A DNA stretch of 64,000 nucleotides from Klebsormidium nitens (taxonomy: Eukaryota > Plantae > Klebsormidiophyceae). The DNA is taken from positions 1-64,000 of the forward strand of contig DF237116.1 of NCBI GenBank assembly GCA_000708835.1, given 5' to 3'. Each line of letters begins with the position of its first letter. Within the stretch, counting starts at the first letter, position 1. This document shows positions 11,914 through 25,200 of the stretch, piece by piece. Position numbers and translations under genes: made by a program. The notes under the pieces are model-generated. The model was not told the origin of the DNA, did not search any database, and saw only the letters and a program-made list of their open reading frames with translations.

Positions 11914-14900
11914 TCACCGGGTTACGTTTGGATCGAAAACAGAGACCAGCTGAAGCAAAGCAATCAGCTGCTAAGTTTTTGAGGGTCTTTAAATGTGGAG
12001 TGGGTGATTGAAATAAGATGACGAGACGCGACTCACCGGGACCTGGACGGTGATGAGGGCGTTGGTCGGATCGATAAGAATGAACTGCTTGACGACGGGG
12101 GCCGTCGTGTTGGCGAGCGGGTTAGCGGCGGTAGCCAGGGCGAGGTTCGTGGTCAGGTAACCAAGAATGGCGCCGACGCTGGTGATGCTGCAAACAGACG
12201 GGTTGAAAAGGTTAACGATGAGGGTTTACACTGCGACTAACAATGAGGTTAGTGATGAGAGTTAACAGTAAGCGTCTCTCGGTTCTGGACGGCAACTAAG
12301 TAGCGTCAAATAGCTATCACAGAGGCCGCAAAGTGCGAAGCCTTCCACTGAGATGCTCAAGTCAGGGTGCTGCCCTCGGAAAGGGGCAGTTCCTCTGACC
12401 ACTAGCAAGTGTGCGTTTCTTACGCTCTTAAGGGAATGAAACAAGAGTGAGATAAACGAACTCGACGAGTACAATAATACACTATTTGCGTCAAGGAGAC
12501 GTGTATTCACACGCTGAGGAGTCCTAGACGTTCACCACCTCACAAAGGAGTCAAGTGAGCATCTTCTCGAAAGAATGCTCACTTCAACGGGCCGGACGTG
12601 TTGGCGGCAAACACGGTGAGGTCGTTGGTGATATATGTCACCACAGCAGTGGCGTTCTGCGCGATGGCAGCGGTCGCGAAGCCCAGGGTACGGGCCACAA
12701 CGGCGGCCTGGGCAATCGTCGCATTGGCGGTGGCGTTCATGGTTGAGTTCCCGGCAATCGCGGTTGCGGTGGTGTTGGCTGCGACGGTGGTCGTGTTGGC
12801 AGGGACGGTGGTCATGTTGGCGGCAACATCTGCAAAAACAGTCAGAAAGAGTTGACACCAAGCAATCTACCAAAGGCAGAGGTTGCCACCAAGAAAGAGG
12901 AGAACGGCGGCGGATGCGATACCAGTGTGTTGGCAGCGATGCTAGTAATGTTGGTGGCACTACCAGATGGAGAGTGACTTCAAGCTGGGAAACAAACACC
13001 AAGCTCGAGAACTCTGCACCAAGCTGGAGAATTTGACACCAAGCTGAAGAATTTGACGCCAAGGTGGAAAGGGTTTTAGGGTTTTAGGGTTCGCCCCCTA
13101 AGATTCTCCAGGAAAGCCTGCTGATAGTGCCCGTGTTTCGAAAATGAAGCAGTTTGTCAATGCCCAGTCTTTCCCTATATATTGACTACTTGGAAGGCCC
13201 GATGCGGATTCTCTGGTCACAAGCCAAACAGCTTCTAGCGGGTGCAACTCACTACCACTACGGAACTTGGAATGTCTGCGAGCCTAAAACTACAGATTAT
13301 GAAACTAGAAGCATGGCTCACCAGCAACGACAACGGTTCCAGTCATGGAGGCGTGCACAGTGCACACGTAGGTGTAGGTTCCAGGAAGAGTGGGGGTGAA
13401 GCTGACGTTGTAGGGAGCCCTGATAGGCTGGGGGGGGACCGTGAGCCCCACAATACCATTGGTAGCGATGCCAGTGAAGCCGGCAGGGAAGGTCAGGACT
13501 GCGGCAATAGAGAGAGACCAAAGTCAACCAGAAATTTTGCGCGATAACAATGAGCAGATTCAACAGGCAAAAGTTCTTCCGAATACTTGTAGGCCATGGA
13601 ATTTTTGAAAAATTGGTACTTGCGGAGACACTAAGTCGAAATCACGCAGGCGCACAGGAAGAGCATGGCAAATTGGCGCGTAGAATGCTTTATATCCTTC
13701 AGAAAGCGTCAGCAAAGCAACACTCCATATGAGCACTCAAGCACAAGCGACTATATGAGCAAGAGCCCTTGAGCAGTACGAGATGATTCTTTGAAGCCTC
13801 CAAGATTTTAAATAGATCGGAACTCACATTGGATGTCATGGGGAGCCGTGTCCGTCCAGGTCCAGATGATCGTGTCTCCCACATTGACAGTGTCAGACAG
13901 AGTGATCGGCACCCTCCAGTCCTTGTTGATGACAGCCGCCGACGCTGCAAGACAGTGTTCCAATTTCATTGTTAGTGCTTTGCTTTCTTCAACGGCTGAT
14001 TAGGTATATGGCTCCTTCGGATGGGAGATGTTCCTGATGCTTCTTCAGTAAGTCTGAGAAATCACAAAGTTGTTTAGTTTCTCCCCCTGATGTCTCGTGT
14101 TAGTGACAAAGCATCCTCCATTCTGCTGGTGTCAAAGTTTCTTGGGGTTTGCACAAAGAAAGAGATAATGTACTGCCTGCCGCTTACACCTAGAACGCGT
14201 TCTGACGACATATCTGCATGCAGACAACCCTCCTTCAATCCTTAATTACGCTGTTCCCTGTCCTCTTGCTGTCCAAGGTGGAAGTGCACCACCCGTATGC
14301 AGATCTGTGGAAGGCATTAAATGTAACATGTACCCCCTGTGCTCTCAATATTCTGGGGGACTTCCTGAGCATCATAGGGAAAAGATGGCGCCATCATGTG
14401 ACCAAAGCTAGACACCCCGATCACAAGCCCCAGCTAAGAGGAAATGCTTTTACGTACACACGCAGCCGGGACAAGTTTCCTGCTCAAAGATGAAGCCCAG
14501 AAGCAGCTCTGTGTGCTTGCACGACTCCAGAGAGAACGAGCACAATACTTGAACCAGGATTCTGTTCCGCGTTTGAGCCGGACAATTCTAGATTCAGTTC
14601 AAAAAGGAGCACTGTAAGAAGCAGAATGTCCCCTTGCTTTCTGGGTTGAAAAGCTTCTTACAAGGCACATGCTGCACCTTTTTGGCAGATCTTGAATCTC
14701 TGGCAGAAGTGGTCATGTCAATTACCGCGGTGTGTTCTGTCATACATGACCAATGCCAGGCACGACTCCAAAAGGCTGCAACTTTCAATCCTTCAGGGCA
14801 CTGCCCCGAACATTGCTGACATAGATATTTTCAATTTCGAAAACACGTCTAAGCCCGCGCTTAGGGACGTGTGGTCATTCAGGTAGTGCACCGCCTAGTC

Positions 14901-15283
14901 CACTCATTTGGTTTTGAGCTAGATCTGGTTCGCGAAAGAAACAAACCTCCAAAAAGAAGCAGACGCAATGCTGGGAATCTGGTTACAATCCGACGGCCTC
15001 GTGCAGACATAGAGAATAAATGACTTCACGAAAAGCAGATTTGGGACTGACAATGCTTTAGAGACGAAAGGCATGAAGAGCTGGAGCTAACCATTAGCAT
15101 GCTGCATTCTGACATTAAGCTCATAAACAAGGCTTCGGGTACATAATGCAAGGCTACATAAACGTAAACCTCTGCATTTCAGCAGCAACCTTGATCCGGA
15201 CACAAATGGAGAGATTCCTGCTCACCTTGGTGAACAGCAAGCGCGAGCACCGCGCACAGGATGAGGGACTTCATGGCGGCCAT
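11914..15283 (-). CDS. Secreted blue-copper (cupredoxin) protein with an Ala/Thr-rich, NxT-rich C-terminal extension
   Basis: Six phase-consistent exons: 15283-15226, 13944-13828, 13498-13322, 12829-12583, 12187-12037, 11949-11914. Signal-peptide-like MAAMKSLILCAVLALAVHQASA, then VNVGDTIIWTWTDTAPHDI and PGTYTYVCTVHASMTGTVVV (His/Cys/His/Met type-1 Cu ligands). Confidence 0.85.
12981..13090. repeat. ~20-bp minisatellite (about 4.5 units) abutting interstitial TTTTAGGG telomere-like repeats
   Basis: Units like caagctggagaatttgacac from 12981 to 13071, followed directly by ggttttagggttttagggtt. Confidence 0.8.
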
Positions 15284-15628
15284 GTGAGCTGTAGGGTCAA
15301 CGATGGTCCTTCTGCTGAGCTGGTTGTGGCGTTTGCTGAAGACTGTGAAGTGCTCAGTCGAGGACCACAATGAAATCCACCAGCTTTGCCTACGTAAACC
15401 TTTTGGCAACTCGGCAATTGCAACAAGCAGCTTCTAGATCTGTACATTCAAAATGTTCAAATTGTACTCTGCACAAAGTCGATCAGTTCTTGCCGGCAGC
15501 CTGGAGAACTTTCCTGTCCAAATTACATATTCAGAATATTAAATCTCAGCTAATATTACCGTACACGAATTCGGAATGTAGCTAGTTAACAGAAACTTAG
15601 ACCCAGACATGGTTAAGAGCTCCGCATA

Positions 15629-15947
15629 CCGTACGAGCCCCAGAACCGAGTCGGGTCCACAAGTGGATCGGGCTGAGCTAGAAGTGGATCGCTTTATTTG
15701 TTATCTTGTTCCAGTCTACGCCGATCGCCGATCCATCAAGTTTTCTTGCTCTTTTTGGCCAAAATCGAAGGTTTTCAGGGCTGCAAGGACCTCCTCGGGG
15801 CCAAATCAAATTGCGATTGCTGCCCTCGATGGGGCTCAGTAAGACAGGATATGTGCAGAAAACCGCTTCTAAAACGGTCCATATTTGGTCCCAGCATTGC
15901 AAATAAGCGCTCAAAAAATAGGTGAGCCGGTATAGGGTCTCGTACGG
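15629..15947. mobile_element. MITE with TA target-site duplication (Tc1/mariner-pogo-like, non-autonomous)
   Basis: TA|CCGTACGAGCCCC at 15627-15641 and GGGTCTCGTACGG|TA at 15935-15949; 13-bp TIR with 1 mismatch; no coding capacity evident. Confidence 0.6.
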
Positions 15948-18900
15948 TACTTGTGCATATAAACCACCCTTTCACTAACCCAACCCAGGGTTCCTCCATT
16001 ATTATCTACCCGTCTTATAACCAAAATGGGAGACCAACGCAGGCGGCCTGGCCCTGGCCCTTAATTTAGAAATGAGTCAAATAATCAATTGGATGTTGAC
16101 GATCGAGGCTCAGGTGATGTAGGTGATGTCAGGACCGATCAGAAGTCACCGTCTCCTTGCCCGGCCGCTGCGAAGTATCCCGGTAGTAGTCGGTAGACCC
16201 GTTTCAGGTTAGCTTCAAATGAGTTTAAAGAACCGTAGGAAGGCTGGATACCTATTGTGGTATTCATTTTCAGTCTGCGCTTTCTCGTATCGGGTTTTAG
16301 ATCCTTGTTAGCCCAGGGTTAGCAGGTGCCAGCCTCCGGGTGGTTGGCTGGACTCCAGAGTCCACTGAGCATGTAGGGCCAAGGATCGGCTGGCTCAGTT
16401 CACAGTGACGCATGCAATGATGACTCAGCATCTGATGTATGCGCGGGGCCCGGGCCCGCGCTAGGATGTCAACACCAGCCTGCGTACATTCCGAAGGTTG
16501 GATTGACACCAGATCTAACCAAACGACCCGCAATGATCGTTGATGGAAAACTGTGTCAACGTTCTCGAATCGAACCTAGGGCCGCCGACGTGGCTCAACA
16601 TGATGAACCGAGGACTCCCAAAAACCCCAGTTGATCTCTACTCTGCTCCCACTCTGCTCCCGGCGCGTGACTGTGACAGAACCGGCTACCTATCGTAGTT
16701 TGATTTATTCGGCACCTAGGATAGCTTCCAGTGCCAGTCCTGAGTCCTGACTCCAAGTTACCTTACCAGGCGGGCATTTAATATGCCGAAATGTGGAAAG
16801 CAATTGCCAAAAATACGGTAGGACCAGGTAGGACAGTGCGCCGGCCGGTATTCTGTTTCTCGACCTATTGAGCGTTCCGGGGCACACTGCTCGGGGTGCG
16901 CCGGTGATCGGTCAGTGCGTCGGTAACGTATCCGGGGTAGCCAATTGCCACCTGGCAGCCTGCGCGGGTTCCGACGAAAGTACGTGACGGCCCGGTGCGT
17001 TCGGACGACTCGGACACCAGGCAGGCTGCTCATCTGACTTGTAACCTATTCTTGAAACTGGACGTACGCTTTAAAAACATCCTGACCGCATAAGCGATTC
17101 TGTCAGGGCCTGTAGAGCCGTACGATAAGGGTCAGCATTCGTAACCGTGTCTTGATTCCTGTGCACAGTGTGCAGACTGCACTCTACGTGCCCCATGTGC
17201 AACTGAGGGTGACTGACTCAGCTCAGATTGGCCGGTAAATGCTCAACGACCTTGCCTGAAACAGCATGACGTCTTGTCTTGTTATTTTCAGACAGCGTTT
17301 TGACACTAGCAGGCGCTGACAATTCCATTGGCAGACTCAGAAGCCCTTCTGTGCAGTTTGCACAATCTGCCGCCCTACACGTAAGATTCACCTCAAGTTT
17401 GTTCACCTAATCTTTGTAGCGTGCGAGAATCTCGCAAACAAACCAGATACGTGGTGCCAGCTTCAACGATTCAATCTCAACTGTTCACATAACTACTTTA
17501 ATCTGCTGTGTTGCATGAGAAGGCAGTCCTACCTAGATACTACGATCGACAAGACAGAGCTGCCTATGTATAGACACGGGGCCCCATGGCCCCATTGTTC
17601 AACTGTCTGAGGAGCACCCCGTGCATGGCACATGCCCTTATCCCCTGAAGCAATTTCAACATTCAAACACAATCCTAAAAATAGATGCTTGAGAATACTT
17701 CTGAAGCTCTATACTGTCGCTAGAAAGGGCTCAGAAACGGGTGAAGGGAGCTCATTTCCAAAGCTTCCAAGTTCCAAGCTTCAGACAAAGTGGTGGTAGG
17801 CGCAATGCTGGGTTGCTAGCTCCAATCACAAACGAATTGTGCAGCGTACATACCTGCCAACCCTCCTGAGCTCCTGCGTCGTTCTTTCAGAAAGGGCTGG
17901 CCATCGGAGTGGTGACGAGGGTGTGAGGTCACGTTGCAGCTCCTCTGTGCAGGTTGGAAAGTCCAATATTGGTTTGACGCGACAGAAACTTTGTGAGAAG
18001 TCTGCAATACAGGTGAGGGCCAGCAATGCTTCTGCTGGCTGTGAGGTTTTGCTGAACCTGTGCTCTCTGTTGTCTGATAATCATGTCTCCATACCACCAC
18101 AGTATTTTTCAGAAACTTTTTGAAAAAGTCTTCTGCATTCGGACAAAGGTGGTTGAGTGGCGGGGTCAAAACCCTCTCAAGATAGGTAACCCTACTCACA
18201 AGGTGCTGAGAAAAAACAAGGCATGACCACTTTCTTATGGTCAGAGGGCAGGGCCTAGCCAAACAGATTAACGGCCCGGACAGACGTCAGACTTTGGTGG
18301 AACCAGGACCAAATGCGTAAATCTCCCTCCTTCAGGCTTGTTCTCAATTGAGCTCCTGATTCTAAGCAACAAGAGTTTCAAACTTGGAGAAGGAAAATTG
18401 TTTTGAGCTTGCAGGAAAATGAGAATGCAAAGATAACACTTACAACATGGGGCCATTGGTGCGCTCAAAATCAAACTAAAAGATGGCCACCTAAGAGTTT
18501 TGTCGAGCACCTCTCTTTCAAAATCTTGGTTTGGCCTTGGATCGAAGATTGTTCTAGGTATCAAATATCAACAACGCTCACTAAAAGCCCCATAGTGCAG
18601 TCTGAAAAGGCGATACATTTCAGATTGAGTTTTACCAACCGCACTGGAGTCTGATGTTTGTTTGATCTCCTGTGGTCAAAAGCTGCTGCTCTATCTCCAC
18701 CTCTATGACATATTCCATACTTGGCCGTTCTCCTTCAGACTTTCTTGCTTTCTGCTCCATGTCAACTCCTGTATGACAGTGCGCTTTTCACCCTCTGAAA
18801 GAGCCCTTGGCACCTTCTACTATGCAACATTTGCCATTTTGTGCTTAAGAATAAGGAGCATGTGGCAGATCTCACTTGATATAAACACCTCAAAGCGCCA

Positions 18901-19240
18901 TTTGCACTGAAAGATGGCCATGACATGGCTGGTAAAATATTTACACAGCTTTGGCACTAGTAATCTTTTGGTCCAGAGTTGTCCTTGCCGAACTTGTACA
19001 CCTGCGACCACCCCAAGCTTCCTCGGGAATCTGGCAAGAGTCCAGCCAAACAAAAAAGAAGGCATTTTTGCTCTTCAGATTCTCTTGTATTACGCCCAAC
19101 TGTATTCCATGGGCCTTCTAATTTGAAAATCTCTAGCTGATAAGTCCCATTCTATCTAGAACCTCCTACAATGTATCAGTGACACTGGTGGTATATTCTG
19201 CTAGCTAACCTTTCCCCAACCGTCTGATTGCAGGTTTACT

Positions 19241-22200
19241 ATGGGGGCCCAAAGCTTTTACGTTGCCTGCTCAGCGCTACTGCTCCTGCTCCTCGTGATA
19301 AGTGGTGTCAACGCCCAGCCTGGGTGCCCACAGCCTGGTACGCAGTTCCTTAGCTTGACACCATCCGGCAGTAGAATTTTAGACAAGAAACACCAACTGA
19401 GTGCCTGCTTAGTAGGAATGAATGACTGAGCGTCTGTTCGTATCTGCAGTATTGAATGTGCGCATGTCTCCATGGGAGGGGGACTTTCGAGAGCTCTTTC
19501 ATCAGATTAGCCGGTAGAGATTTTGTAAACCATCTTCGCAGAACTCTGGCCGTTGAAAATACCGCCAATGCCTTTGTCAGCCTTTGCTTGTGCTGGCCGG
19601 CAAAAGGGCGTACTTCATGGGACCGGTCAATTTCGCTGCTTTCTGTATGTGATCGAGGGTGGTGTCATTATAAAGCCATGAAGCTGCTATGGCCTGCCTC
19701 ATTTCCAGACGGATCTACCTGCCTCAAACCTCCATCCTCCCTTCAGCATGGCTCTCAATGCGGCTCCGTTTCTATCTTACAAAAGGGGCCGTCGCAAGGC
19801 CCGTAACTCTTCCCCTCAACTTTGGTTTGACCCAAAATCTGTCAAGGATTTTGTTGTTTTAGGGTCTCCTTTCAAGGAGGTCATCCAGGTGTGACCACTT
19901 CCGAACACCCTGCTTTAACTTATTTGGCCGTATGATCAGCAATCATTACCGCGCTCTCAACTTTTGTCTACGTTACGTCAATATTTGTCGACCTTTCTCG
20001 TTTCAGGGGGTCCCCCGCCAGTGGGGCCGGTGCCTACCAACTGCCCCCCCCGGCTGCCAGAGAACAACGGGCCACTCTGCGGGCTCACAGCAGACGCCTC
20101 TCAGTTTAGCATTGCCGCAAGCGGGAGCTTCTGGTACGTCATCATGCTCGTACCTGACGTCATCTTCATCGTGAGGATGCTTCTGTAGTTGCTTGGAAAG
20201 GACATCCGTTCTCTTGTTGAAAAGAGGGCTCGCTCTTTTTTCTTACACGGTGGCGCGAAGTGCTCCGAATGGGCAAGGGACTACGAATGCATGCTCCCAC
20301 ATTTTGAGCATTCACTTCTTTTTAACTATTACTTCGTTGTCATTCTGCTGCATTTCGCCTCCATTCCGTTTCTGTTTCACAGTTTAATCTCTTCCAACGA
20401 CAGCACCTCGGATTTGCGGGTCAAGGCTCTGGCAGCATACAAGACTTTGGGTCTCCCCACATTTACATATCGGAGACACGTCAATCCAAGACCTTCAAAC
20501 CACAGAGCGCAGCTGCTGAGCCAGTAATCACAGGACCAGTCATTCCAGGCCCCCCTGCCCTCCAAACAGAGTGCTCGACTTTCGGTCCTAAAAGGGAATC
20601 AATCTGGCTTTACCATTATCAACCTCGTTTGTCAGGCTGACCTGCCTTGACCCTGCCCTAAGCCGGAATCAAACCGCTTGTTTAGCAAATGCTCAACTCC
20701 TCTGGTGACAAAAGCAAAGCGATTTGGCCTAACCCTGCCCTCAGCCGGCTCAAAACCCGCTTTCCAGGCGCATCCGGAGCAACAGTTGCCCCAACTACGA
20801 CTGGACCGGTCAGTCCAGCCCCGCGCGCGGAGCCGTACAACAGAATCTCAACCTTTTGATTCCCCGTCATCCCATACTCCAAAAGGGGACCGGAACATTT
20901 GTGGGCACTAGTAGCCCGGTCAGGGGACCCATCGGCGTGGCGTTCAATGCGGTTGCCATGTTCAGGTGAGCGGCTCTCTTCTCGTTCTTGTTGTTTTGCC
21001 CCAGCTTATCTCCGGCTTGCTTCCGCCTGTTCCGCCTGATTCTCTGTCTTCGCTAATTGGAAGGTGAATCAATCTTCGCATTTTCTTCCTGGCTGGTTCG
21101 CTGAGCGGAGGTACCTTAAACGGATTTCTGTGGCTGTTACATTTGACAACAAAGCAACCAACTCGACACGTGCTTCAATGGTTTGGAGCCTAAAACTACT
21201 TCGGTAGAACTCAAACGCTAAATCGGCCTATCTTGGTGGCAGTCATTACAAGGCCAGAGTTCTTCGACCGTAATGACATGCAGAAGTCCTGTGAAAGGAT
21301 GAACGCTTTCAGCCGGTCGAACAACGTCGTCATCTCTTCGCAGCTTTGTCGATGCTCTTGGTCGCAACGCGATCCTCTTCGAAGGATTCACTTTCGACTA
21401 ATGCGGCGGACACCTGGCGCCCAATCCCAGCACTGACCACTTCCACCACTTCCACCGGGGATGGTTCACCGGCCGGTCAATATCAATAAGCTCCAACTAA
21501 CCCGAAAAATCCTAACCCAAAAAAGAACCTGCTCCGCACCCCCTCCCCACCCTGATCCCCTGCGTAATTCTTATACCCGTCCCAGTGCGCTTACCAAATA
21601 ACACGTTAGCATTCATTCCGTTCCTGATATTGAAGCTGACATCACCCCCATTTCTTGCAGTCCGGTTGACGCCCTAGGCCGCGACGCCCTCCTCTTCGAA
21701 GGCTTCACCTTCGACCAGTGCGGCGGCCACGTGGCACCCGGCCCCAACATCTACCACTACCACACCATGCCCGGGGATGGCGCCCCGGGCAGTCACAACA
21801 ACACCCTGAACGAGGACTTCAACTTCTGTGCGCCGGTTGCGCCGCTAGTCGCGGGATCGCCAACCGGGCACTCGCCCGTGTTTGGGATCTTCTATGACGG
21901 GATCCCAATCTACGGTCCTCGGGTAAGGAACAACTTTTATTGTCTCTGCGAGCAGCTCCGTTTCGATGCTTCATGCTAGAACGAAGACTTCAGTTTCTGC
22001 GGGCCCGTCGCGCCGCTAGTCGCTGGATCGCCAACCGGGCACTCGCCCGTGTTTGGGATCTTCTATGACGGGATTCCAATTTACGGTCCTCGGGTAAGGA
22101 AGCAATTCAATATTTGGGCGAGCGCCTCTGCTTTGGAAGTTTGCAGAACGCCAAACGCGCCGCTACCGAGAGATTGCAACTTGGGCGCTTGCTCATACTT

Positions 22201-25200
22201 AACATTTACCAAGACGGGATCCCAGTTGACGGGTTCCGAACAAGAAAATTGTTTATATACCTAAGCAGGATACTAGCTTTCCCCTCGCCAGTTCAGCGCA
22301 GATGGTGTCAGTTTGACCAGGGCTTGCCCGATACAGGATGTCGCCACGTTTAGCCGTCAGGGTTGGCGGTCTTGGTCAGGGGCTTTTGCACTCAGGTTCA
22401 TCACCTAGATCTTTCAGCTCGGAATGTCAGTAGAAACACTCTGCCTGTCTTCGAAAGAAATTGATTCATTGAAGGGACGACCAGATTTCGAACGAGCTGC
22501 GGGACGATCTGGCCGGCTATCTCGATCGTCCGTCGTTCGCAAAGAATTGCGAACGGGCTTGAAGTGCCGTTCAGCTTGAGAGATAAGTCAGGAACGTCTG
22601 GCCCAAGAAAACCTTAAGGTTTCGAGAAACATCGAGAGCCCTGCTGCAAATCCAAAGGACTTTTTCGAACTTTTACTGAATGATTCCAGCTCTCTCATGT
22701 TACGGTACGCTATCTCTGCAGTTCACAAGTTAAAGACCAAAAGAGCATGCCGTCTTGAGGAACTAGAGCGAGACCTTTTTCCCGTTGCATTTGCAGGGCG
22801 ACAACGGCCAGCTCCCGCAGAACCTCGACGCCTGCAACGGACACGTGGACCAATCGTACCCGTATTACCATTACCACGCCACGAGCACATACCCTTACTT
22901 GGTGAGTTCTCCGAAACGCCGTTGCTTCATGCGCCAACCTGTTAAAGTTGGATTCAGTCAAATGTTTCCTCTTAGGGAATCAGTCTCTGTGCGCTCTTAG
23001 CCGGGCTCTGACTGTTCAGTCAAGCACGCCGCTGACTGATTTGCTTTGAGACTCCGCGTCTGTAGTAGCTCAGAAAACCGCGCCGACGGATTCGCAGCGA
23101 CGGGTAGTCGCGAGTTCCCTGTCTGTATGTCGCCGCAAGCGACTCGGGCCAAACGCGCTCAGCTCAATAGAGCCGACCATACAACCAGAAAGTTTCAGTA
23201 GGAACAACGATCTGATATCCGGATAAGCAGGTTCGCTATCATCTTACACTGAATCCTTAGCACAACATGACGTGTTCCGCACCCTAACCCACCCTCACTA
23301 ACATTCAGCGTCACCCAAAATCCGACTTCGTTGCAACAATCGGACCTTAAGAATATTTGAAGTGCAAAGATTTGAGTGATGTTGCATCTACGTTACAGGT
23401 AAACTGTCTCAAGGGCTGCGTTGATCAGTCGACGGGGAACAACAACTTCGGGAACGTTCCTTGCATTCCGGACGACGGTGAGGGGGTTTTCAGCTTCTCT
23501 GTTTATGCTCGTCGCTGTTTGTTTCCCTGTTCAGAGGCGTTGCGGTGTTCATTCTCCTGATCCGACGGCGCTGGGCTGTCTGGTCTCGTGATTCGACGGC
23601 GCTTTGGATCTCAGCATGCTTCTTGTTCCACAGTTCCTGTCATTAGGCTTGCAAAGAAAGCTAAAGAGAAGACTTTTGTTGAAGAGCACTGCGAGTGAAT
23701 CAAACGCAGATGCGACTTACCTGTTGTCGGATTGATATCGGCAGAGTCCCCAGCAAGTGCGCTTGGCGTGACGTCAGGTCAAAACGCCGCACGTGCAGTC
23801 TTTTCATGGGCGAGGTCAGAGGGCACCCTACATCTTCAGGAGAAGAAAGAATGTCAAGTTTTATCGTAAGGGTATGCTTGTCTCTCCGGTCTGTAATCCA
23901 GATGCCTACTCTCTTCGTTGCGCGTCCATAGGCCGAGCCTTGGAGCTTTATAACCCACAGCATTACGGGTCTTTAAGCTAGTAGACTGTCTTAATTAAGC
24001 TTTGCTCATCTGTTTCTTGCAGTCCAATACGACTATTCTATCCTCGTCACGCAATTCCCTAGGTCTGCTCTCCAAGCGGCTATCTACAGCGCCCCAGGCA
24101 CGTGCGATTCAGTCACCGGTGGATCTACCCCCCTGAACCAGTGCTTCAACAACGACGGGTCTTCGGTAAGCCGATCAAATAGTTCGTCCTTTTGTCTTAG
24201 GGACGGTTAGCAAAGATTCTCAACATAACTTGACTTGCGCCGTTGAACTAGAGCTTTTACAATGACGTTCTTTGCTAAGCCGATAAATTGGTTCAGCCGC
24301 CGAATTTGAGGAGGCTTGGCGAAACTTTTCTGAACAGAATCGGGTTTGCGCCCCAGAGGGAATCCTTTGAAAACGACGGGTCTTTGATGGCCGTATGGAC
24401 GGCTTCGTGGCATTTTTCTTGGAGGAGCTCGACCAGACAACACTCAAGATGTACTGAGGAGCTGCCAAACGCTTCAGATCAAACGCTTCAGATCAAACGC
24501 CTCGGTCTTCCATTGTGATTTGCCATCGCTTGTGAATATCCAAGGCCGCAAATCGCTTTCTCTAAAGGCTTCCTTCGCTTTTGTTTTGCCACAGCTTTCA
24601 CAAGCGATCCATTTTCCTGAGCTGGCAGAGAGCAGAAGATACCTGCTTTGATCACCATGTCCGTCCAGTTTCGTCGTTTTCGTTTTTTCTTCTCGTGTAC
24701 TACTCCGGTCGCCGTATGACGGCATCTCCTGACTGCAGAAGCCTTTCTTCTTTGGCAGTGATAGTCTTGCTTTCTGTTGCCGTTTCCAATCTATCTACAA
24801 GCCGTCCGCGCTTATATCTCCAGCTCTGAGTAGATTGCTTCTAGTCGGTCCTATCGTCACATGTCGGAGTTTGAGAAAGCCCTGATTACTCCTGTCGGTT
24901 CCGATGCTCAATGAAAGCTCTTGCTGATTAGAACGGTTTTTCCCTGATCGGCCCATCAGCTTCAAGTTTAGTCAACCCGCTCAGCCTGTGGCTTTTCCCC
25001 TCTCTTCCGATTTTTCCTCACACTTTTCGATCAAACCCGTTGACCTTTTGATTACCGTCTCGCTTCCGACTTTCTTCTCTCTTTTGTAAACGCCCCTCTC
25101 GTTTCTTCCGGTTCTCTTGCTGCGCCGGCCATTGCGGCCCGGTAGGCCCTTCCCCGACGTGCGAGAGCGGCTACACTGTCCCCAATCCAAATGCCTTAAG

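Noticed and set aside
12579-12815. LTVFAAN resembling the fasciclin H1 motif
   Set aside because: No H2 motif or FAS1-length domain; it lies in the low-complexity cupredoxin tail.
12981-13071. 20-bp repeats considered as a CRISPR array
   Set aside because: Tandem with no spacers, no cas genes, eukaryotic intron.
16560-16625. GGTTCGATTC box-B-like word on the minus strand
   Set aside because: No T-stem, cloverleaf or box A; not a tRNA.
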